DNA of 64,000 nucleotides from Phoronis australis. Taxonomy: Eukaryota > Animalia > Phoronida. Shown here in pieces: positions 50,050 through 61,400 of this stretch (the first letter of the stretch is position 1; each line of letters begins with the position of its first letter). Position numbers and translations under genes: made by a program. The DNA lies in contig NMRA01000072.1 in assembly GCA_002633005.1 (NCBI GenBank), forward strand, positions 578,952 through 642,951, in the 5' to 3' direction. The notes below the pieces were generated by a model. The model was given only the letters and a program-made list of their open reading frames with translations, was not told the origin of the DNA and did not search any database.

Positions 50050-51480
50050 TCGACCATCCCAAGACTGAACTTTGTACTAGCTGCATGACCTTGAACTTGA
50101 AAGTATCGCCATCTTCTGGTAGCTATATATATTATTATTTTCTGCGTTCGGACGACACCCTTTATGCAACAATCCATATAAAATGTTGTTAACAAGCTTT
50201 TGGCTATGCATATTTCGTAAGTAAACATAATGTTTGCCAGAGAGGTCAAATAGTACATTTAAAGTTACTGTGCACATTGTTGATGGTCCTACATGAAACC
50301 CATGACCTACCTCTTCACTATTGGAGATCGTTTTAGTCGTCCACCTACCGCCAAATCCAAATTCATTAATTCATTTGGCAAGTGAATACTGCTGAAGACG
50401 TTATCAATGACTACCAGGTTTAGAGTATGTTCGAGAGATCACTCTATACGTGTTGTCATGGAATTGTGTATCTCACAATTGCAACCCTAGATTAACACTC
50501 AATGACGCTGACCCGACACTGTTCCGAGTGATTCAGCCGAGCAAGGGCCACGGCCATTTGATGCCTCTTAGAAATTAGAGTCTTAACCAGTCGGTGAATG
50601 AGCAGTTTCCTTTCTTTGTTTCTGTGTGCGGCTGAGGTATCTTCTTAAACAGCGATATGACAGCTATACTGAATTGTAGAATGAATACAGTTCGAAGAGA
50701 CTGAACATCGCACCTGGACTTTATATGTCGTGTCAGTGGCAGCCTAGCCCTTAAACTAGGCCTAACATTTTTTCATTTTGTGATGTCTGCCTCCCACATT
50801 TTTCAATTTGTAATATCTGCCCCCCCCCCAAAAAAAAAAGGACACACACAAAAGTACACGCCCCATGATTAGCTCAGCATAATAAATACCTACTGTTGGC
50901 GCAGCTATATGCCAGAAGCTTTTTGGCGAATTATGCCTTGCAGTGACTAAAACATCAAAGTCAGGTTGTTAGAGATACCTTTTGCGCATAGAGGGACACC
51001 TGAGGAGGTCGTCTATGTATTTAATTCCTTCTACCTCGAATAAATACTCTCATTATCAAACTTTTTCTTCGAGCAGTCCATCTATCAGTTCCTAATATCG
51101 GTAACTCGTGATTTTTAACACTGCGCCTGGCAGGTGGCATGACGTATATATCCCCTAGCGTGTGTTCTGGGTCCACCACCATCAGGCATGTAGCCTCTCC
51201 ATTCACCACTTGGAAGTCTTACACACATTACGGGGGGAGGGGGGGNCTTGTGGGTCTTACTAGTATCTTAATTGGGTGCCCAATGTTGAAAAATCCACCT
51301 GTACCGAGATTCAAACCGGGTGTCTGCGGTGTTTGAGCCAACCATCCAAACCTTTTGGCTAAGAGACAATTAACTATTGGCAAGCAGTTTAGAGAAGCTT
51401 TATTTGGTGGTACATCATTCCCGGAAGTCACTTGATCCCTCATTCCTGCACATGCCTCGGGTAGGGTCAATGCTTCACTA
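50050..51480. promoter_or_regulatory. Divergent promoter region between SERHL and DNA2
   Basis: genes are head-to-head; YY1-like CGCCATCTT at ~50107, E2F-like TTTGGCG at ~50922, ETS-like TTCCGGAAGT at ~51418; TSS positions inferred only. Confidence 0.45.
51295..51366 (-). mobile_element. tRNA-like SINE head
   Basis: TTAGCCAAAAGG...GGTTTGAATCTC on the minus strand; no intact cloverleaf. Confidence 0.4.
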
Positions 51481-52402
51481 CAGTCTCTTCAGCCACATAT
51501 ATAAAATTAGTACGCTGAAAATAATACTTGTCTAAATTGCTTTCATTATTCAGCAGCTTCTTGTTGTGAGTGCTAATAATTTTTCAGAATATTTTGTCAT
51601 GGTAGCTATGGCAAGGAGCTTGAACACAGAAAAGAATTAATTTGGTGCTACATATCTTTTAGGGAAAAAATGGAAATAAGGTTTCACTTGTCCACTATAT
51701 TGTGTCTGAAATTAGTGAGATTTGTTTCAAAGCAAAGGTTTGCTGCCAGCATGGTATACGAATGCTAAACTAAGGTGTATGCTCATTGAAGACTGTTCTC
51801 TGTTCTTTTAAAGTGTCCAACCTGAACAGTTTCTCGTCAAATTTATTTTTGTATTAAAGTATGCATGTGTGATAAAAAATATGTTCATAAGTCATTTCTG
51901 GTTTTTGTGATCATTGTTGAATAAGATCCCTGTAAATTTGTCAATTGTGTAATTTGATCACCTTTTCAGGTGTGTTGAACCTGCAAATCAAGCAGCAAGT
52001 TGACTGGAAAGTTCGACAAGTATGATACATGACCTGCATGACAGGTAAAGGTATATCGGGTTGCTGCAGTGATGAAGATGTAATATTCAAGAATGTCCAT
52101 CAAATCATTGGCTTCAACAACTAATTAGCTGCATTTGATTAGATGCCTCTACAGTTTGAAATATTGCCATTATAAAGTATTGGTGATTGTATCTACTAAA
52201 AAGCTCTGAAAGGTCAATTCTAGCTCTGAAATGTCATATTCTCAATTCCCAGCCATGTCTTCGCATGTGATTCACAAGTTTTACATTAGTATCTGACATT
52301 TAATTGGTTCACTCTTGGACTATTCCTGACTGAATATCCAAAGGTATTTTCCCACAGTGCTTAGTAATAAGTTCATTTTCTACTTTTCCAGAAATTGTGA
52401 CA

Positions 52403-52420
52403 ATGAGCAAACGCAGTGAG
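52403..52420 (+). CDS. DNA2: DNA2 first coding exon (MSKRSE)
   Basis: acceptor at 52390-52391, ATG at 52403, gtaagt donor, phase 0. Confidence 0.6.
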
Positions 52421-55400
52421 GTAAGTCCAGTTCATTACCATTCTAAAACGTGATATAACTACATCATGTCATTCAATTTATGGTGCTGAAATCTATTCAG
52501 AAATATGCGAAAGTCTCCATTTGAACACTGGTTTTGGAAGTTCAAAGCTTCCCTCACTGACCAATACTATTAAACATGGAAACACCAACAATTGTTATGT
52601 GAAATGTGCACAGATACTGACAATATGTGAAAACAATTCTGCTTTAAATTTAACCAGATACTGTTACTGAATAAAAATAGGTAAGGTCAAATGAATTTTT
52701 ATCTACAGTTTAGCTATGGCGTCCGGCATCTGCAGCTGTATCTACTAAACCCTTTGAAGGATCTTATTGAAATTTGCCAGGTGTGTTCTTATGGGGGTGG
52801 TGACAGAGGACGATGAGGTTCGGACCGACCCGAATACCACTGTGCCCCCTAGTGGCAATTTTCAATTTTTACGTTTGCCTCTGTATCGTCAGAGTGCCTT
52901 GATGGATTTTCATGAAACTCGGCACATAGGTTTTTAATACAGAGCTGATGGTGCTTTTAGGACGGATTCAACAGGTTTTACGCCACCTGGTGGCCATTTT
53001 TGTAATTTTTGTGTCTGTTCTCTGGCATCTGCCTCTCTATCTGCCATACCGCTCAAAGGATCATTATGAAAATTTACACGTGTTGCTGATGAGAAGGCCA
53101 GGACTGACGTTGACTTTCGAATGAGTCCGGCCACTGTGTCACCCCCTAGTGGCGATTTTTTTTTTGTGTCAGTAGCCGAATCTCCTTAGCCCTTTAAACG
53201 ATCATAACGACATTTTACAGATGTGTTCCTCTAAAGCTGGCAACAGACGACCACGAGTTTCGGACCAATTTGAGTACTGCTCTGCTCCCTTGTGGCAATT
53301 TTAGTTACATTTTCTCTTTATCTTTGGAGTTCCTTGATGGATTTGCATGAAATTTAGCAAATAGGATTCTGTTAAAAAGGCAATGATGACTTCCTGTTTT
53401 CCAACGGATTTGGCATATTCTGCACCACCTGGTGACAATTAAAAAAAATTTGAGTGCGTTTTTGACGTCCGCCTTCGTATCTGCCAAATGCATGTGGATT
53501 TCTGATGAGAACTCCACGACTGACATTAATTTTCGGGTAGGTTCGACTACTGTGGTGGCTCTAGTGGCATTTTTTGCGTCTACGGCTGTACCTCTTTAAC
53601 TCTAAGGATGATTTTAAAAATTGCTCTGTATGTTTCTACTGTGAAGAGGACAGCTGATGATGATTTTCTGACAATTCGGACTACTGTGGCGCCCCCTAGT
53701 GGCAGTTTTGTTTTTTTTGCGCCCATGGCTGTATCTCCTAAACCGTTCGCAGGATCTTTACTTAATTTAGCAAGTGTATTTATATGATGTTGACAATGGA
53801 TGAGAACTACTTTCAGACGCTTCTGAGTACTGGTGTCCCCCCTAGTGGCAAATTCAGTTCTTACATTTACCTCTGTATCTTCAAAGGTCTTCAACATATT
53901 GGCATAAAATTTGGCATATAGTCATTTGTTAGTGAGATGACGCTATCATTCCGTTTTTGGATGGATTTTACATAGTTTGCGCTGCTTAGTGACAAGTTTT
54001 ACTGTTTTTTAGTCCTTTTTTGGCGTCCACCCCTCTTTCAACCAAATGGCTCTAAGAATGATTGTGAAAATTGGCATGTATGTTCTTACTATGAAGCTGA
54101 AGTTTTTCCGATGACTTTTACTACTGTGGCACCTCCTATGGGCTGTTTTTTTGCGCCTATGGCTTTATCTCCTAAACCGTTTGCAGGATCTTTGCTAAAT
54201 TTAACAAGTGTATTTTTATTATGTTCACAACGGATGACAACGACTTTCGGACGGATCTGACTACAAGTGTGCCCCCTAGTGGCAATTTTAGTTTTTAGGT
54301 TTACCTCTGTATCTTCAAAGGTCCTCAACAGATTTTCAGAAAATTTGGAATGTAGGCAGGCATTTGTTGGTGAGATGATGCTATCCTCTCGTTTTCGGAT
54401 GGAATCAAGGTACTTTGCACCACCTAGGGGCCATTTTCCTTGTTTTCGAGTCTGTTTTTGGCCTCCACCACTCGATCAACAAACCATTCTAAGGATGATG
54501 TTGAAGATTGGCGTGTATGTTCTCAGTGTGAAGAAGGCGGTTGACTATTACGAATTCGATTACTGTGGCACCTCCTAGTGGTAGTTTTGTTTTGGTTTGA
54601 CAGAATTTTATGAAATATGGCATGTTCCTGTTTTTGGATGGATTGTATGTTTTTGCACCATCTAGTGGCCATATTTACGATACAAATAAATAACCCTAAA
54701 AGCACACCATTTGCAATGCATTCGTGGGTGCTCTTGTTATGAAATTTGGTAAATAGCTTTCTATTAAAGAAGCGATGGCATTTTCCCGTTCTCAGATGGA
54801 TTGGATGTTTTTCGCCATCTAGTGGCTATTTCATAAAACAAATAAATAACCCTAGATGCACACCATTTGCGTTGCATTCATAAATGCATTTCAACGCTCC
54901 GCGTAGCTCTTGTTATATTATCTGAACAGATAGAATCATATATTGTACACTTGTTTCTCTTTTCTAGCCTGGTAAGCAGAGATCAATTGAATCCTTCTTC
55001 TCAGTAAGTGTTACTTTCATTCGTGAGATTAATCTCATCCAAAGCAATTTGAGTGACCCAACTTTGCCATTCATTTACTCTGCTCATTGCTTGGTTGGTT
55101 GTCAACAGTGTTTATAACAGAAATCAGTTCTTATTTGGACTAAGTGATGAATTCAAAATTCACTAGGTGAATCTAGTAAACAATAGGCTTTGCTAATAGA
55201 AATGCAAGCATTCAGATCACTTGAGACTTATCCAACAAACGCCCCCATGCTGAGTCAGCTTTCTGCTATCAATGTCTATGAATGGTAAAACAAAGGTCCT
55301 ATTTCTTCATAAGCTCCACTTGGTGAACATTTTTGCATTATTTTGCACAAGGAATGAAAACAAGGAGAAAACATGAAAGCACATAATATCTAAATTAATG

Positions 55401-58400
55401 TATTCTTTATAATGTGTTGTTATATTATAAATTCTCTGTTTTCTAAACATTGATTTTGCTCTGGCAACCATGCTCTGATTTGGTTTTACAGGCTAAAACA
55501 GAAAACAGCTCTTCCAAAGATGAATCAATCTTATTTACCACTGTAAACAAGTCAAAAAGCAAGCTAGCTTTGAAAAAATCTGTCACTTCGAACAAAACAG
55601 TTTTCCGACAAGAACATGCTTCTGTTGTGAATCCTGTTGAGAGTGTACTACAACAGGATGGTGATATTCGCCATGGAAACGAGGCTGCTGGGGAAGCAAC
55701 TGTTGTCATGGAAACCCAAGAAGAATGCGTAATTGATGTAATACCTGATACACCGAATGAATTAAAAATTCAACCTAAAAAGCAAATTCAAGCTAGGAGT
55801 TTTCTAGCTCAGCCATCTTTCTTGATGTCAAAGCCAAACGTGCAACATGGAGGTAGAAATAAGCAGACGAAAAGAAAACAAGTGTGCAAGAATTTGGAAG
55901 ATGCTCTCAAAATATCCAATCCTGAAGACTTAGAAAAGGCAGATTTAACTAGTTTACAAACACTTAACAACCCAGTGCAATTACCCAGTGCTAAGCGTTC
56001 ACCATCAAGCCCTGGTGGTGAATCTCCAAGCTGTAAGAGGTCAGACCGTAGACCAAGTGGAAGGTACGAGATTAAAGCATGTACTACTCGGTTAAGATTT
56101 GATAAGGAGAAAACGAGCTCTCATATTTCTTGTCTTAGTGGAACAGAACTTGCTGAGAGACTGTTTAAGTCATCTCGTGATAATCGTGAACCGTCAGACT
56201 CGAAAAGTTTCAAAAAAGAGGAGGAGCCAGATGCATTGTTGAATGAAATATTAGAGGATTTGCACCAAGTAACAGAAAATATTTCTACCTCTCAGAAAAG
56301 AAATCCATTTTCACCAAGAGCAAAAAGTAGGAAATTAGCCACTCCTTTTGTCGATTCAGTTAACAGTCCAGTGTCCCATTCAAGCATCGACAAAGATAGC
56401 ATTCTGAATGAGTTACTCGAGGAGGTACAATTGACTTCAGCAGCTAGTGAAAAAAGTAAAAAGAATGCTGAAAAGACAAATTCAATTGGCGGGAGTACAG
56501 CCTGTGGTGAGCCACATACTAAACTTAGTGACCAGCCTATGAAACAGGCAGACTGCGGCAAAACAAAACCAGATTTTGATTCAAAAGAGTCAAGTGTGGT
56601 TGAAAGTGAAATATTTAATATTCAAATAACACCAGTAAAAAAGAAGCAAGAAGACGATGTCCATCTGATGAATGAGCTTGTGGATGATGCCTTCTGGCAA
56701 ACCTCACCATTCAAGACACAGTGAGTTCTACATTGTTAGTTTCTGTACAGAAATTCAAGGTATTACAATCAATGTTTGCATGGGATCTTGACAGCAAATT
56801 AGTCTCTGCATTGATTTGTGCATTTTTTTGGAGTGAAATTGCTTACCTCTTCCCTTTTTCGCCTACATTCTGTTAACCAATGGATAAATTTCTCACTGTT
56901 TCTAGTTTGTACACGATGCTCACTTACTTCAGCAATGCTGTTATTAATGGAAATGTTGTTTTCAGAAAGACTGCGACAAGTGCTGCACCCTGTAGCCAAT
57001 TTGGACGCCATGAAGTTATTTCTGTGCATCAAGAAAGGTAGGTTATTGTGGTTTTGTTGTCATGAAAAACCATTGGGACTTTGCAATGTGAAGTTCACAA
57101 AAGGTTTGCTGAATGTTGGTGACTGAAAACAATTGAGTTAAAAGTGATATTTGTCTCATTATAAGGAAGAGATTTTTTTAAATATTAATCAGACGGCCGT
57201 AAACCTTTCAACAATATGTGTCTGTTTTAGTGTTCATGCTGACAAGATACTAGAGTTGAAGTCTGTCCCTGATGGTTTGAAACATTGGTGCATACTGCAA
57301 GGATTTTGGTAAGTGTGAATCCCATTATTTTTGCTAACAAAATTTCAAGTGTGACGTAATTCATCATTTAATGTAAAATGGGTCAAAGGACTGGTGATTC
57401 CCCAGACTTTTGATGGCAGTGTGTTAGTCTCTGGCCTATGCACTGTAGTTGAAAAGTGCTTATGGTAGTGACTGTATTGATGCGGTTCATTTTTCAGGAC
57501 TGACACAGCGGTGAATGTTGGTGATATCGTGAACATCATCGGGACTTTTGATAATCGGGGTGAAATCATCATAGATGATAAGCAGAATTTGATAGTTGTC
57601 AACCCTGATCTACTCATCTCAGGGACATCCGTTGTGTCCACGGTCTTCTGTCTTCGCAAGTGAGAATAATCTTAATCTAAATTTACAAAAACCTTCAGTA
57701 GTTATTAAGTTGCATCAAACAAAAACATGGACTACATTTGATATCCTGATGCTTTGATTTAGACCATGTACTAGTGAGTTTCTGTTTTTAAGTTACATAG
57801 AAATTGAGCGACACTTTTGTTTTGTCTTTGGTGGNTCAAGTGTGACGTAATTCATCATTAATGTAAAATGGGTCAAAGGACTGGTGATTCCCCAGACTTT
57901 TGATGGCAGTGTGTTAGTCTCTGGCCTATGCACTATAGTTGAAAAGTGCTTATGGTAGTGACTGTATTGATGCGGTTCATTTTTCAGGACTGACACAGCG
58001 GTGAATGTTGGTGATATCGTGAACATCATCGGGACTTTTGATAATCAGGGTGAAATCATCATAGATGATAAGCAGAATTTGATAGTTGTCAACCCTGATC
58101 TACTCATCTCAGGGACATCCGTTGTGTCCACGGTCTTCTGTCTTCGCAAGTGAGAATAATCTTAATCTAAATTTACAAAAACCTTCAGTAGTTATTAAGT
58201 TGCATCAAACAAAAAAAAGACTACATTTGATATCCTGATGCTTTGATGTAGATCATGTACTAGTGAGTTTCTGTTGTTAAGTTACATACAAATTGAGCGA
58301 CACTTTTGTTTTGTCTTTGGTGGAAAATACCACGATAGTCTACGATAATTACATTTTGTCTATGGACTGAGCAGAGTTTTTTGAATGAAGATTTTTATCC

Positions 58401-61400
58401 TAAATCATATACCGGTACCAGTGTGTGACACGTGTAACACTAAGTAGGTCAAGGTGAAATCGCAGTTAACAGCCATGATTTTTCTCGTTGAAGTAGTCAC
58501 GGAACTCCATTGTGTTACGGTATGTAGTTATGAATGCTAACTTGCCATATTTAACAAAAGACAAACCAAACCAATGTGTTTCAAAGATGGCACTGTGTGG
58601 GGCTTTAAGGTTATGTAGGACCTTACCAACAAGTCTATATTTAGCCAAATAGCTACAAAACTATAGATTTTAACTTAGTAAAAGTATTAATATTTTCTGA
58701 AAGCAGAGAGTCTGAAGAGTTTGATTTGTGACATTTTACTAAATTTAGTATTGATTTAGGTCAGGTGACCAGGTCTTTTTGCCAAAAATGAAATTTACAT
58801 TGATATTAGGACAATGGTGTCAATGACTTGACCAAATTACATTTGATATAAAGGATTAAGAAGAAGTCTAAATTACCATTTCGTTTTCATTTCATTTATT
58901 ACATTTTATTTATTTTTCATGAATATCTTATTTTTTGATAACTCGTGACATTTTAAAAATAATTCCCTACAGCTTTTTGTAGAACAATGCATGAAGCATT
59001 TACCTAGTATCTGCACGTTCCATATGAGTTCGAACAGGCATTTCTGAGATGTGATATTTCGAAATTGGCATTTGCTGGGGTCCTACTAGCCTTAAGAAAA
59101 ATTATGGAGAATTTAAGTTCTAATCTTCAAGGCGTGCAGTCATGTTAAGTACTGGTATATCTATAATGTGGAATTAGTTTGCTGTTTGAATAGTTCTTTA
59201 CCATATTACATATTATTTATGGTATTCTAAGGATGATCAATGTATTTTTTGTTTTATGGTAGAACAGGACGTGTGGCATTTAACGTATATTCATGTTATT
59301 TCGCAGAACAGTGCTGAATGAAAAGTTCCGTGGCTATGAACGAGGTAACATCCATATGCTGGTCGGCAGCATAATTCACTGTGTATTCCAGCAGGTATGG
59401 TTTGTGTTGATAATGATCCAAATGTGTGACCAGTCAATGAATATTTGATTAAATAAATTGTTCACACTCTGATTCGAAGTTCCTACAATAGATGCAACAC
59501 TCTCACCACACTGAAGTAGCATTTACCAAATGCTATGAACAGAGAGCCTGTGCCGGGTTGCATGAACTAGTCCTAAATAGGGACTCATCTAAGTTCCCTA
59601 AATCTTTTGCCTGTTTGTGTCTTTCTTTAGTCACATGTACTATTTTTCTATCATTTCATCTTTATTATGAGCTCCTCTTTGACTCATGACATTTTCTAAT
59701 AACATAACTAAAAACTGAGCCCTGAATTCAGTGAAAATAAATAGGGACTTAGTCCTTAAGTTAGGGGCGTTATATGAAAAGATTCCTATTTATTTTCAAT
59801 AATATTGAGAATTCACCATCAAGTTCACTCTTGATTTGTAACAAAACCAAAAATTGACTTAGTAATGAAACTAAAAGAGCATAAGAAAGGGCAATTGGAG
59901 GTGTTTTCACAAGTTTACAATTACATATGAAGTAGATTTAAGGAACTTGGTTGAGTCCCTATTTGGGACTGTTTTGTGCAACCTGGCATTGATTGCTTGA
60001 CATTCATCTACAAACAACACCCATGCAAATAGTTGTTCAGAATTCAATATACAATGATAACATTGATACACACTTCTATCATGAGTCCCATGGAATGTTC
60101 AAAACTGCTGTTGGACATTCTTTGTTTGCTTTTTCTCTCACAACATGACTCGAAAATGTTGCTTCATGTATCGCTTGACATGCCAGCATTTGAGTGTCTA
60201 AATTGTGTTCTCTCATGTTGCTTAAGCATTGCGTAGATAGTCCAATATATCCAGAGGAGGGTTATTCCCATAAGATTGCTCGAAGAACTGATCAGCTGTC
60301 TGATGATCTGCCCTGTAAGCCACTGACAGATCTGCCCTCTTTCCACCAGAGGGCTACATGTAAATTCCAATGATGTGCCTTGTCCTTCTTGGCAAAGTTT
60401 GCATTTTGGGTACATTTAAAAATGCAAGACCTTCACTTGGGGATGGCCTTATATTCTAATATTTGACGCCTTACCGTTTCTTCAGACATAAGGACAGTCA
60501 TCATTTTACTTGTTTTCTGACAATTGGTTAATGTTAATTATTGTCAGAGTTGATAGAGTATCGATTGCCTAAAACTATTCCATGAAAATATTGAATAACT
60601 TATGGATTAAAAACAAGAAACAGTAGAATGTGTTGTGAATTCATATTTGAATTAATGCATTTGTTTACGCCAGAATGCAGATGACCCCGAATAGAAGGCC
60701 ATGACCTTATAGACAAGGTTTTACAGCCTGGAAAGTGATTTGTGCGCATGTGACTATGCTACACTGTGCTATGCCAAGAAGTGCAGCAAATGCTTGAAAT
60801 AATCAGAAAACAGTTGATCTGACGCCTTTGTGAGTGCTCGTCTATATCAGGATGGTCTTTTAGAATTCCGCATGCTATCATTCAAGAGTGTTGTGTGATG
60901 TCCTGATAATGCTGTTCTCTTAAAAGTACAACCATTAATATCCAATGCATCATGAGTAACTTAGGACTGACACGAATTAAGCGGTATATGTTTACTAAAC
61001 CCATGCTGTCCGTTGTTGTATTTTCTTTGTGTTTTTGAAGGCTATTAAGGAAAACAAGTGCAGCGTTGCAGACTTAACAGTGATAACCAAGAGTGTTCTA
61101 TCAACCAGTGGCCTCCTGCATGAGATGTGAGTATAAGTCACTTGATGAGTCATTTAATGAGTCATTCAACCAGTGGCCTCCTACATGAGATGTGAGTCAC
61201 TTGATGAGCAAAGATTAAAGCAACTATGATGGTTATGACACGATGAATATTTAGCAAATACTTTTTAAAAATAAAGAAAGCTTATGGAGAAGCTTTTAAG
61301 GACGTGAAGAGTCTGCCATTTTCTTTATCTGCAAGTGCATGTTCTTTTTACTAGATTACACTCGTTGCTGCCTATCTCAGTATAGCTGAGCAAAGTCGTT

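Noticed and set aside
55450-56724. Stand-alone 424-aa single-exon gene
   Set aside because: It has no ATG start, is bounded by an acceptor at 55491 and a donor at 56721, and splices in frame into DNA2.
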